Notes: generated by a model not told the origin, from the letters alone. 64,000 bases of DNA from a candidate division WWE3 bacterium (GCA_012798115.1 JAAZNV010000007.1:25586-89585); one strand, 5' to 3'. Counted from the stretch's first letter, positions 19,594 through 28,764 are shown. Program-made: numbers and translations.

Positions 19594-20411
19594 ACCCCGA
19601 AGAAAAGAAAGAAGAAAAAAGTACGAAAGGACTTAATATAGATACAGAAAAGATTAAAAAAACACTTCTTAACTTTGTTGTTCCTTTGGTAGCTTCTGTA
19701 ATTACTTTATTTCTTTTTGTTCTTGTAATATACCCATCTTTGAAAAAGCTGCCTGATCTTAAGTTGGAGCTATCTAGAAAAGTTAATATGAAGCAAACTT
19801 TGAATACAAAGCTTCAGAGATTAAACAGGTTAGTAGATTTTAAAGTTGTTGTTGATGAAGATTCAGCTTTAGTAAATAGAGTTCTTGTTTCGGAAGAAGA
19901 AGTTCCAAGACTTTTAGATCAAGTAAATCAAATAGCTACAAACTCAGGTATGTCCGTAACAAGACTTAGTTACTCATATGGAAGCATTGGAGCATCCGAT
20001 AAAACACAAAAGATTCCTTACAGCGTTGTATCTGTTTCTCTAGGAGCAGATGCTAATTATGATCAGATTATTTTGCTTATGCAGTCAATTGAAAAGGCTG
20101 CAAGGTTCGTATCGGTTCCAAATTTTAGATATTCTGCTGGAACTTCATCCACAGGAGATAGAAAGTTAACTTCAAGTTTTTCAATTGATTCTCCTTATCT
20201 TTTTGTTCAATCAAGTGCTGTAACTGATGAACCCATTGATCTTGATATATCAAGTCAAAAGTTCATTGATTTTATTAACAATATAAAAGAACTTACATAT
20301 TATGAGTTTGTTAATCCAAATATTGAAGTAGTGAAAGAAGAAGTAGAAGAAACTAAAGAAGAAACAACTACTATTGAGACACAAGAAAGTAGTAGTGAAC
20401 CATCAAATTAA
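19590..20411 (+). CDS. pilO: type IV pilus assembly protein PilO-like with acidic C-terminal tail
   Basis: single TM after charged N-terminus, coiled coil, position after pilN, 4-nt overlap. Confidence 0.55.
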   Translation: MNPEEKKEEKSTKGLNIDTEKIKKTLLNFVVPLVASVITLFLFVLVIYPSLKKLPDLKLELSRKVNMKQTLNTKLQRLNRLVDFKVVVDEDSALVNRVLVSEEEVPRLLDQVNQIATNSGMSVTRLSYSYGSIGASDKTQKIPYSVVSVSLGADANYDQIILLMQSIEKAARFVSVPNFRYSAGTSSTGDRKLTSSFSIDSPYLFVQSSAVTDEPIDLDISSQKFIDFINNIKELTYYEFVNPNIEVVKEEVEETKEETTTIETQESSSEPSN

Positions 20412-20417
20412 GTAAGC

Positions 20418-21119
20418 TTACTTTTTCTTAGATTGCTCTTTTCTCCACTTTTTTATTTCTTTATGATTTCCACTTAACAAAACATTTGGGACTTGCAACC
20501 CTTCAAAGTTTTCTGGTTTTGTATATTGGGGGTACTCAACTTGATTGTTATTTCCTAGGGAAAATGATTCTATCTTGGAAGCTTCTTCTTTTTCTAAAAC
20601 TCCAGGTAGTATTCTAGTTACGCTTTCCATGATTGCGAGTGCAGGAATCTCTCCTCCGCTTAAAATATAATTTCCAATGGATATGACATCAGTAGATATA
20701 TAGTCTTCCACTCTAGCATCTATCCCTTCATATCTACCACATATTAGTGTAACTTGTGTACATTTTGATAGTTCTCTAACTTTTTCTTGGTTGTATATAC
20801 TTCCTCTTGGGGAAAGAACAACTATCCTATGTCCTTTCGGCAGGTTCTTTTTGGTAGGATCTTGTATGTATTTTTTCATTACATCCTCCTTATATATTGT
20901 TGTTAATGCCTTGAATATTGGTTCTATCATGAGAACCATTCCCACTCCGCCACCATATGTTTTATCATCAACAGAACCATATTTATTCACGGAAAAATCT
21001 CTTAAATTGATTAATTTATATTCAGCAATTTTTTCTTCAAATGCTTTTTTAAATGGAAGGTTCTTTAAACTTTCTTCGAAAATTTGAGGAAAGAGTGTAA
21101 TTACGTTAAACTTTATCAT
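20418..21119 (-). CDS. trmD: tRNA (guanine37-N1)-methyltransferase TrmD
   Basis: TLFPQIFE, YGGGVGMVL, SPRG, LICGRYEGIDARV motifs. Confidence 0.9.
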   Translation of the reverse strand: MIKFNVITLFPQIFEESLKNLPFKKAFEEKIAEYKLINLRDFSVNKYGSVDDKTYGGGVGMVLMIEPIFKALTTIYKEDVMKKYIQDPTKKNLPKGHRIVVLSPRGSIYNQEKVRELSKCTQVTLICGRYEGIDARVEDYISTDVISIGNYILSGGEIPALAIMESVTRILPGVLEKEEASKIESFSLGNNNQVEYPQYTKPENFEGLQVPNVLLSGNHKEIKKWRKEQSKKK

Positions 21120-21352
21120 TTAACTTCTTCAAGAATTACTTGAATTCTAATGTTATCTTTAATAGCTTTAGCTTTGGCTAAGTTTCTTAGTGCTTTTATT
21201 GTTTTACCTTCTTTACCAATTACTACACCCATATCTTCTTCGGAAACATGAATGGAATATGTGTAAAAATCATCATCTTTTATTTCCGTTACTGCAACCT
21301 CATTAGGTTTAGATGTTATTTCCTTGATTAAGTATTCTAAGAATTCTTTCAT
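21116..21352 (-). CDS. KH-domain RNA-binding protein (YlqC/UPF0109 family)
   Basis: 78 aa, VIGKEGKTIKALR KH GXXG loop; located between rpsP and trmD. Confidence 0.8.
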   Translation of the reverse strand: MKEFLEYLIKEITSKPNEVAVTEIKDDDFYTYSIHVSEEDMGVVIGKEGKTIKALRNLAKAKAIKDNIRIQVILEEVK

Positions 21353-21361
21353 GTGATTATT

Positions 21362-21757
21362 TTACTTGTTTTCTTCCTTCTTTTCTTCTTTTTGTTCGTT
21401 TGCTTCTTCTTTTGACTGGTCTTCAGCTTTCTCTTCCTTTGTTGTGTTGTCTTTCGTTGCATTTCGTGCTTCTTGATCTTCTTTAGAAGCTTTTACTTTC
21501 TTTGGTTCGTACTTTTTATACTCATACTTCCCTTCAACTAGCTTTTTAACTGCTTCAGTTATTAAAGCTCCTGTTTTTGACCACTTTTCAAACTTTTCTT
21601 TGTTATAAACAAATTCTTGAGGAGAAGTTGTTGGGTTATAACTTCCAATAATATCAACAAATCTCCCGTTTCTTTTGTCACGAGTATTACTCACAACTAT
21701 CTTGTAAGTTGGCAAATTTTTTCTACCTGTTCTTGCTAATCTAATTGTTACTGACAT
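21362..21757 (-). CDS. rpsP: 30S ribosomal protein S16 with Lys/Glu-rich C-terminal extension
   Basis: MSVTIRLARTGRKNLPTYKIVV...RNGRFVDIIGSYNP. Confidence 0.9.
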   Translation of the reverse strand: MSVTIRLARTGRKNLPTYKIVVSNTRDKRNGRFVDIIGSYNPTTSPQEFVYNKEKFEKWSKTGALITEAVKKLVEGKYEYKKYEPKKVKASKEDQEARNATKDNTTKEEKAEDQSKEEANEQKEEKKEENK

Positions 21758-21820
21758 AACTGGTTGATTCTATCAGAAGGTGTTTTAATTGTCTATTCCT
21801 TGTTTTAAGTAAGTACGTAA

Positions 21821-22519
21821 TTACTTTAAAGTATGAATCTTATTTAAAGCTTTTTCTGCAGCATCTTGCTCAGCCTTCTGCTTGCTTTTACCTTCTCCTT
21901 CTCCCCATAGCTCCTTATCAAGATAAACTCCTACTTTAAAGGTTTTTTCATGATCAGGACCCCAAGAATCCAGAATTTTATACAATGGTGTAATACCATA
22001 TCTATCTTGAGCTGATTCTTGAAATAAAGACTTAGCATCTTTATACTCTTCTTTGCTTATCACATCTCCCATCTTATATAAAAGCTCTCTTTCTACAAAT
22101 TCTTTGCACACATCTAATCCTTTTTCTGTATATAAAGCTCCTAGAACAGCCTCAAATGTGTTAGCTAATATATATTCTCTATCTCTTCCTCCTGTTGCTT
22201 CTTCACCATTTGATAGTAACAGCATATTTCCATAGCCTAGTCTTCTTGCTTCTGATGCAATGGAAGGTGTGCAAACAACGGAAGATCTAAAGTTAGTAAG
22301 CTCTCCTTCTGGTGATTCTTTATAATGATTATATAAATACTCAGAAGACAAAAGTTGTAACACAGCGTCTCCAAGGAATTCTAGTCTTTCATTAGATTCA
22401 TTTTTGTACTCTGGGTGTTCATTTAAGTACGATCTATGAGTAAATGCTGTTTTAAACAAATCTTCATTGTTAAGATCTACTTTTAGTATTTCTTTTACTT
22501 TATTAAAATCAAATGCCAT
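21821..22519 (-). CDS. rnc: ribonuclease III
   Basis: ERLEFLGDAVL signature, dsRBD C-terminus. Confidence 0.9.
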   Translation of the reverse strand: MAFDFNKVKEILKVDLNNEDLFKTAFTHRSYLNEHPEYKNESNERLEFLGDAVLQLLSSEYLYNHYKESPEGELTNFRSSVVCTPSIASEARRLGYGNMLLLSNGEEATGGRDREYILANTFEAVLGALYTEKGLDVCKEFVERELLYKMGDVISKEEYKDAKSLFQESAQDRYGITPLYKILDSWGPDHEKTFKVGVYLDKELWGEGEGKSKQKAEQDAAEKALNKIHTLK

Positions 22520-22598
22520 TTCTTTCTGGGATAAAATCGAAGGATTCTTAATAAAAAGAATACCTCGATTTTTTCTCAGCCTAAATTACTACAGTATA

Positions 22599-22832
22599 TT
22601 ACTGTATGTGCTCTTCTAAAGCATCTACTAAATCTTGTACGGTTATAAAGTTATCAGAGTCTTCAATAAGGTCGACATGAAATATTTCTTCTAGCTCTTC
22701 TAGTATTTCTATTAGCTCCATTTCCCCAATGTTTAGGTCATCTTCAAAATATGACTCAGCATTTATTTCAGACGGCTCCAACCCTGTCTTTTCTGCAATT
22801 ACTTTTTTAACTTTAGGATAATAATCACTCAT
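22599..22832 (-). CDS. acyl carrier protein-like protein lacking the phosphopantetheine-attachment Ser (Glu at that position)
   Basis: 77 aa four-helix ACP pattern; FEDDLNIGEMELIEILEELEEIF aligns to [21 protein letters not shown] with Ser->Glu; acpP-rnc synteny as in Firmicutes. Confidence 0.6.
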   Translation of the reverse strand: MSDYYPKVKKVIAEKTGLEPSEINAESYFEDDLNIGEMELIEILEELEEIFHVDLIEDSDNFITVQDLVDALEEHIQ

Positions 22833-22833
22833 T

Positions 22834-23298
22834 TTATTTTTCCTTTTCTTCTTTTAAAATATTTTCCATTTCCTTAGGCAAGTATTTTTCTACCACTGCT
22901 CCTAACACTCCATTTATGAACTTGTGAGATGTATCGTTCCCAAACTCCTTTGCAATTTCTACAGCTTCATCTATTGCTACCTTTGCTGGTGTTTTCTTAC
23001 CAAATAGTATCTCAAATATAGCAATTCTTAGTATTACTAAATCAATTTTGGCTATTTTGTCAATAGGCCACTCTGGAGCACATTCTTCTATTATCTTATC
23101 TATTTCTATAGAATGTTTCTTGACTCCTTCTACTATTATTTTAGTAAGTTCATCATCATATTCTATCCCTTCAGATTCTAGTATCTCTGTTGATGTTGAA
23201 ACACACTTATCAGTATCTGTTTCTGTAAAAAGCCATGAAAATATAGAAGATAAAGCAAGTTTGCGAGATGTATGCCTAGGATCTGTATCTGATTTCAT
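22834..23298 (-). CDS. nusB: transcription antitermination factor NusB
   Basis: KVAIDEAVEIAKEFGNDTSHKFINGVLGAV matches NusB C-terminal signature. Confidence 0.8.
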   Translation of the reverse strand: MKSDTDPRHTSRKLALSSIFSWLFTETDTDKCVSTSTEILESEGIEYDDELTKIIVEGVKKHSIEIDKIIEECAPEWPIDKIAKIDLVILRIAIFEILFGKKTPAKVAIDEAVEIAKEFGNDTSHKFINGVLGAVVEKYLPKEMENILKEEKEK

Positions 23299-23306
23299 TT
23301 TCTTGT

Positions 23307-23447
23307 TTAAATTTCAATAAATTCCTCAACATGAGGTCTTTTATAACCAGTTTTTATCTTCACTGCTCTTACAGCAGCTCTTTTGTAGTGAGAGTTTCTT
23401 TTTCTTCTTACTCTTCCTTTTGATGATCTTCTTTTTGGTACTGCCAT
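23307..23447 (-). CDS. rpmF: 50S ribosomal protein L32
   Basis: Manually translated 47-codon ORF MAVPKRRSSKGRVRRKRNSHYKRAAVRAVKIKTGYKRPHVEEFIEI; not in ORF track (below length cutoff). Confidence 0.8.
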   Translation of the reverse strand: MAVPKRRSSKGRVRRKRNSHYKRAAVRAVKIKTGYKRPHVEEFIEI

Positions 23448-23530
23448 ATATTTTAATAATAATTATTTCCTAATATTTTACCAACTATTTGAACGGAGTG
23501 AAATATACATATGAATAACTGAGAAGTCAA

Positions 23531-23563
23531 CAAAAAACCGTCAAGGGGTGATAATCTTGACGG
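23531..23563 (-). terminator. Rho-independent terminator after rpmB
   Basis: 8-bp stem CCGTCAAG/CTTGACGG followed by UUUUUUG on minus strand. Confidence 0.55.
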
Positions 23564-23575
23564 TTTATTTGTGAT

Positions 23576-23824
23576 TTACCTGAAGGCTGCTTGAATCTCA
23601 GGGATCACTTGATTTGTGTAAATTTTCCGCACCTCAGCATCATCATGGCTTCTTTTCATGACGTTTGCAATGATGCCAATGATAGGAGCTGTTCTCATAA
23701 TTGACACCTTTCCGTTACCTTCTAAGTGAAAGTGTGGAACAACAGCTCTTCTTGATACACCATTTTCACTTACTTCAGCAACGAGGCTTCCCCTTTGATC
23801 TTTGGAAATATTCACACTACACAT
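23576..23824 (-). CDS. rpmB: 50S ribosomal protein L28
   Basis: MCSVNISKDQRGSLVAEVSENGVSRRAVVPHFHLEGNGKVSIMRTAPIIG...; start at internal Met of track ORF 23576..23956. Confidence 0.75.
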   Translation of the reverse strand: MCSVNISKDQRGSLVAEVSENGVSRRAVVPHFHLEGNGKVSIMRTAPIIGIIANVMKRSHDDAEVRKIYTNQVIPEIQAAFR

Positions 23825-23903
23825 GCTTGCTCTCCTTTTATTAGTATTGGTTCGTTGTTTATACCACAAATTAAGTTTGTTTGGCAAGCGTTTTAGCGCT
23901 GTG

Positions 23904-24455
23904 TTATAAGGTAAGAAGGGTAAAATAACTCTTTCCAAACTTTCTTTCATCTGCAACTTTTAGATTAGTGCTTATTGTTAGATTCTTTAAATTAAGATTA
24001 TCTCCATGAAAAAAGACAACTATTCCATCTTTGTTTAATATATTTTCTAAGTTGCTTACTAGATACTTGTGTGTTGTGTCTTTGTAGAAAGGATCAATAA
24101 ATACAACGTCGTAATTTCTTGGTGCGTTTACTAAAAACTTAAGAACATCTTTTCTTATAACTTCTGCCCTTTCAATGAATCCACAATTAACTAAATTTTC
24201 TTCTATTACTTGAGTACTTTTAGGGTTGCTATCTACAAAATCGCACCAGTCTGCTCCTCTACTTAATGCTTCAATACCAAGGTTTCCACTCCCGGCATAT
24301 AAATCAAGGCATGTTGCATTATTAATCTTTCCTCCAAGAATGGAAAATAAAGAAGATTTTGCTATTTCTTGCACTGCTCTAAAATCCTCAATGTCAGGGG
24401 ATTTAAGCCTTTTGTTTTTTGCAATTCCTGTGGTTACCCTAATTTCTTTTTTCAT
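23904..24455 (-). CDS. rsmD: 16S rRNA (guanine966-N2)-methyltransferase RsmD-like
   Basis: 183 aa; DLYAGSGNLGIEALSRGA and VVFIDPFY methyltransferase motifs. Confidence 0.75.
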   Translation of the reverse strand: MKKEIRVTTGIAKNKRLKSPDIEDFRAVQEIAKSSLFSILGGKINNATCLDLYAGSGNLGIEALSRGADWCDFVDSNPKSTQVIEENLVNCGFIERAEVIRKDVLKFLVNAPRNYDVVFIDPFYKDTTHKYLVSNLENILNKDGIVVFFHGDNLNLKNLTISTNLKVADERKFGKSYFTLLTL

Positions 24456-24456
24456 A

Positions 24457-26487
24457 CTAATTTGAGGTTATATACTTACCTTTTCTTTGTGTCAATTTAT
24501 TTTCAAGTTTAGGGTATTTTTTAAGCTTTTGGTAATATTTTTGAGCTTCAGTTTTTGCTTCTTGAAGCATATTTAAATCATTCAAGTTTGCAATCCTTAA
24601 CTTTTTAAAACCATGTTGAGATGCTCCAAAGATGTCTCCTTGTCCTCTCATTTTTAAGTCTATTTCTGCAAGCTCTATACCATTATTTAGTTCCTCAAGG
24701 TATTTAAGTCTTTTATATGAGTTTCTGGAGTTATTGCTCATAAAAGCAAAACAAAAGCCTTCTTTGTCTGATCTTCCTACCCTTCCTCTTAATTGGTGAA
24801 GGCTAGCAAGACCATATCTGTCAGCGCTTTCAATAACAATTACTGTAGCATTGGGAACATCCACTCCTACTTCAATTACAGGAGTTGATATTAATACTTT
24901 AATTTTGCTGTTTTTAAAATCATTGATAGCTTTTTCTTTTTCCTTTGACTTCATCTTTCCATGTAAAAGGCCTACAGATACTCCTTTAAATATGTTATTC
25001 CTTAAGAATTCATATTCAGCTTGAGCTGCCTTGACATTTGCAAGGCTAGAACTTTCTGATTCTTCTATTAATGGACAGACAATAAATGTTTGTTCTCCCC
25101 TATCTTTAATCCATCTATAAGCTTGTTCTCTCATTTTCTCTGGAATAACCTTTGTATTTATTTTTCTTTGTTCAAATGGAAAGTCTTTTAAGACAGATAT
25201 AGCTAAATCTCCATAAAGAGTTAAAGCTAATGTTCTTGGTATTGGAGTTGCTGTCATGGTAAGAAGATGTGGTCTAATACTTCCGTTTACTAGTTCTGTT
25301 ATTTTTCCTCTTTGTTCAACTCCAAATCTATGTTGTTCATCGATGATAATCAATCCGATGTCGTTATATGCATCTTTTGGAAAAAGAAGAGCATGTGTTC
25401 CAACTAATACATCCCATTCTCCACCTTTCCCTTTCTTACTTCCTGTTTCGATTTCTACCTTTACATTTGTTCCTTTTAAGATCTTATTGAATGTATCAAA
25501 ATGTTGATTAGCTAATATCTCAGTAGGAGCCATATACAATGTTTTTAAACCATTTAGGTAACAAACATAAGAAGCAAGTATTGCAAGAATTGTTTTTCCT
25601 GTACCAACATCTCCTTCTAGAAGTCTGTTCATGGGCATTGGTTTTTGAATATCATCTAGTATCTCTTCAAGAGCTTCACTTTGAGATTTAGTAAGCTTAA
25701 ATGGTAAGGAGTTAATTAACTTATTTAATTCTTCATAATACCCTTTTAATTTATGCCCTTTTGATTTTTCTAGCCATTCACTTTTTCTTTTTTCCACATT
25801 TAACAATTCAATAAAAAGTTCCTCAAATTCAAACCTTTTGTAGTTTTCTTTAGCTTGTTCTTCACTATCTGGAAAGTGTACTCTTTCTAATGCTTCTTTT
25901 ACTTCCTTAAAATTCTTTTCCTTCAATAGCTCTTTGGGTAGAAACTCTTCAATATTGGTTTCTGAGTTAAAAAGAAACTTTATTTTAGTTCTTAACCACT
26001 TGGAAGATACTCCTGATGTTTCTGGGTATATAGGAACAAGCCTTCCTGTGTTTATATTTTCTATTCTTTGTTTTTCCTCATCATATACAGCTTCTATTTC
26101 TGGACTAATGAAACATAATTTCTTATCAAATATTGTTACTTTTCCACTTATTAAGTAATTTTTACCAACGTTTAATGTATCTTTTATATAATGTTGGTTA
26201 AACCAAATGAGATTTAGTTCTCCTGTGTAATCCAATATTATTGCTTTTGTTATTCTTTTTCTTCCTCTTGTGTATATATTTTCTATTGACCCTAGTATTG
26301 CTTTTACTGAAATTATGTCCCCTTCCTTTAGATCTTTAATGTTTTTGAACTTAGAATAATCATTGTATCTAAAAGGTAAGTGGTATAAGAGGTCCTCTAT
26401 GGTGTATATGTCAAGATTTTCTAACAGTTTCTTATACTTTGGACCTATTTTAGGTACTGCTGAAATTGGAGATTCTACATTAATCAT
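24457..26487 (-). CDS. recG: ATP-dependent DNA helicase RecG
   Basis: 676 aa; wedge domain, Walker A GDVGTGKT, DEQH box, helicase C motifs. Confidence 0.85.
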   Translation of the reverse strand: MINVESPISAVPKIGPKYKKLLENLDIYTIEDLLYHLPFRYNDYSKFKNIKDLKEGDIISVKAILGSIENIYTRGRKRITKAIILDYTGELNLIWFNQHYIKDTLNVGKNYLISGKVTIFDKKLCFISPEIEAVYDEEKQRIENINTGRLVPIYPETSGVSSKWLRTKIKFLFNSETNIEEFLPKELLKEKNFKEVKEALERVHFPDSEEQAKENYKRFEFEELFIELLNVEKRKSEWLEKSKGHKLKGYYEELNKLINSLPFKLTKSQSEALEEILDDIQKPMPMNRLLEGDVGTGKTILAILASYVCYLNGLKTLYMAPTEILANQHFDTFNKILKGTNVKVEIETGSKKGKGGEWDVLVGTHALLFPKDAYNDIGLIIIDEQHRFGVEQRGKITELVNGSIRPHLLTMTATPIPRTLALTLYGDLAISVLKDFPFEQRKINTKVIPEKMREQAYRWIKDRGEQTFIVCPLIEESESSSLANVKAAQAEYEFLRNNIFKGVSVGLLHGKMKSKEKEKAINDFKNSKIKVLISTPVIEVGVDVPNATVIVIESADRYGLASLHQLRGRVGRSDKEGFCFAFMSNNSRNSYKRLKYLEELNNGIELAEIDLKMRGQGDIFGASQHGFKKLRIANLNDLNMLQEAKTEAQKYYQKLKKYPKLENKLTQRKGKYITSN

Positions 26488-26593
26488 GTTATTATTCTAC
26501 CAATTTTGGGGTTTTCTTATAACCAAAAGGTAGTTTGAGAACTAAATACCTTGATGTACCAAGGCAGGTCAAAACAAATCAAAAGGAGGGTAT

Positions 26594-26953
26594 GTGCTTT
26601 TAGGAACTGTTTTAGGAGGTTCTGCGCTTTATGACCAGAGGTTTGCTCGTTATTGTGATGAGTTGGCTGAAATGTCAGTTTATGCTAATGATAAAAAGTA
26701 CTGGAAAGACTTAAAAGGTCTCGTTAACTCTCTTCTTTTTAGATCCCTTGAACATATAAAAGAAGCATTTAAAGAGTTTAATGAAAGTACTTCTGGTCAA
26801 GAGTCTATTGAGCCCAAGGAAAAAGAAAACTTCTTTTACCACAGTGCTTTAAATTGCTATGTAGTAAGATTGCCGGACTACTCAATGAATAAGAAGTTTA
26901 TTGAATTTTGTTTGGATGGAAATGCTGAAAAAAGAACAACGTGGTTAGTATAA
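26594..26953 (+). CDS. hypothetical protein
   Basis: 119 aa ORF, no family recognised. Confidence 0.35.
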   Translation: MLLGTVLGGSALYDQRFARYCDELAEMSVYANDKKYWKDLKGLVNSLLFRSLEHIKEAFKEFNESTSGQESIEPKEKENFFYHSALNCYVVRLPDYSMNKKFIEFCLDGNAEKRTTWLV

Positions 26954-26965
26954 GAGGAGGATTAA

Positions 26966-27256
26966 ATGGCAAAGAGTGCTAGTATCACTTTTATTGCAGA
27001 AAGTGAAAGTAAAGTGTTAAATCTCTTGAAAAAGCACTTTACCAATTCATGTAGGGTTGAAAAAATTGTCAAAGGAGGAGAGATAAAAAATGGTGGAAAA
27101 AAAGGTGTATTTACCTTTTTTTCACCTCCAGAAGAAGCAGAAGATCTTATATCCTTTCTTGATAATGAAGATAGTCATGGAAAAACTATTAATATCACAA
27201 ATTATGATGACTCTGCTTCCAAAAGCTCCATTTGGTACGAGGTAGTGGTTCTATAG
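26966..27256 (+). CDS. hypothetical protein
   Basis: 96 aa ORF with strong RBS GAGGAGG; followed by terminator. Confidence 0.4.
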   Translation: MAKSASITFIAESESKVLNLLKKHFTNSCRVEKIVKGGEIKNGGKKGVFTFFSPPEEAEDLISFLDNEDSHGKTINITNYDDSASKSSIWYEVVVL

Positions 27257-27263
27257 CATCAAC

Positions 27264-27304
27264 AGACCGCATTCTTAATAAGAAACTGCGGTCTTTTGTT
27301 TTTA
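27264..27304 (+). terminator. Rho-independent terminator
   Basis: 8-bp stem AGACCGCA/TGCGGTCT followed by TTTTGTTTTT. Confidence 0.6.
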
Positions 27305-27459
27305 ATTATATTGATTATATGATTATAAAAGATAAGGTAGTATTGAAGTTAAGATTAAAATGACTGTTGCAAATATTATTACTGCTTTAACTATATTATC
27401 TTTTTTAAACACTCTCCTTACTGATTTTCTTAAGGATTTTTTCTTTTCTTTTAGAGTCA

Positions 27460-28680
27460 TTACTCAACCTCAAAAAACTTTCTTTTTCCAAATTTAACAA
27501 TTGTTCCTTTAGTAAAGTCTATTAGGATATATGGATCTGTTATCTTGTTTCCATTTACTTCTACCCCGCCTTGTTCAATTACTCTTTTTATTTCGCTTGA
27601 TGATAAGTCTGGATTGTAGACTTTCATAAAGTTAATAAGAGATGCAGGTGTATCAAGTTTAAGTTTGAGAATGTCAACTTTTATAGTGGCATCTTGTGAT
27701 ATATCTTTCTTTTGAATTGTTCTTTCAAAAAATTCCTCAGCTTTTCTTGCTTCCTTTTCACCTTTTATCATTTTTGTAATTTCAAAAGCCATAAGCTTCT
27801 TGTACTTCATTGGATTATCGTCTGCCTTTATTCTTTCTTGTATGTTCCATATTTCTTCAAGAGAAACATCAGTTAAAAGTCTTAAGCCTTTTAATATTAA
27901 TTCATCTGGATAAGACATTGCTTTTCCATATATATCTTCAGCTTTGTCACTTAAATTTATTCCGTTTCCTTTTGTCTTGCTCATGGTAGCAGTATCTGGA
28001 GCTTCCATAAGTTCATGTCCTCTAACAAATTTTTCTTTATTTCTCATTACTCTTGCTAGGTTTCTACCCATTAACATATTAAATATTTGGTCATTTCCTC
28101 CAATTTCAAGATCAACATTCATAAAAACAGAATCATAGCCTTGCATCAATGGATATATAAACTCTTGAAGTCCAACAGGAGTATTGCTTTTTAATTTTCT
28201 TTGGTACAAATCTCTTTCAAGCATTTGTTGTACTGTAGTTTTAGACATAAGTTCAATGATTTCTTTAAGATTAAGTTTAGATAACCATTCTGAATTTCTT
28301 TTGAATTGTGCTGGATTTTCTCCTTCAAAATCAATTAACTGTGCTGCTTGTTTCTTCCACCCATCCATATTTTTTAATATTTCTTCTTCACTCATTATCT
28401 TCCTGTCCTTTCCAATCTCTGGATCCCCGCAAATAGCTGTAAAATCACCAACTAAAAATATTACCTCATGTCCTAGTTGTTGAAGTATTCTCAATCCTCT
28501 TATTCCCATTGCATGTCCTATGTGGAGGTATGGACCAGATGGATCAAAGCCTTGGTAAGCTCTAATTCTTTCACCTGACATTAACTTTTCTCTTAGTGCA
28601 TCTACTGATGGAACTATGGTTTCAACACCCCTAGTTAAGAATTTTTCTATCAACCTTTCGTCTTTTAGAACTTTAGGCAT
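27460..28680 (-). CDS. tyrosyl-tRNA synthetase paralog (type 2, Thermus/TyrZ-like) with C-terminal S4 domain
   Basis: HIGH (YLHIGH), VGDFTAICGDP, KMSKS variant TMSKTKG, C-terminal S4 (SSSEIKRVIEQGGVEVNGNKITDPY); S4 domain argues against TrpRS. Confidence 0.7.
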   Translation of the reverse strand: MPKVLKDERLIEKFLTRGVETIVPSVDALREKLMSGERIRAYQGFDPSGPYLHIGHAMGIRGLRILQQLGHEVIFLVGDFTAICGDPEIGKDRKIMSEEEILKNMDGWKKQAAQLIDFEGENPAQFKRNSEWLSKLNLKEIIELMSKTTVQQMLERDLYQRKLKSNTPVGLQEFIYPLMQGYDSVFMNVDLEIGGNDQIFNMLMGRNLARVMRNKEKFVRGHELMEAPDTATMSKTKGNGINLSDKAEDIYGKAMSYPDELILKGLRLLTDVSLEEIWNIQERIKADDNPMKYKKLMAFEITKMIKGEKEARKAEEFFERTIQKKDISQDATIKVDILKLKLDTPASLINFMKVYNPDLSSSEIKRVIEQGGVEVNGNKITDPYILIDFTKGTIVKFGKRKFFEVE

Positions 28681-28720
28681 GATATGAGTATATCAAGATA
28701 AATAAATGTTTAATAGATAC

Positions 28721-28757
28721 AAAAATGTCCCTACGATTATGATTTAAATCGAGGGAC
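28721..28757 (-). terminator. Rho-independent terminator of 28765..29085 gene
   Basis: stem GTCCCT/AGGGAC followed by AUUUUUGU on minus strand. Confidence 0.5.
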
Positions 28758-28764
28758 ACAAGTT

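Noticed and set aside
20405-20425. Palindrome AAGTAAGCTTACTT between pilO and trmD as bidirectional terminator
   Set aside because: Stem would close a 2-nt loop; too weak to call, genes may simply abut convergently
27460-28680. Possible tryptophanyl-tRNA synthetase
   Set aside because: C-terminal S4 RNA-binding domain and GDFTAxIGDP block indicate TyrRS type 2, not TrpRS
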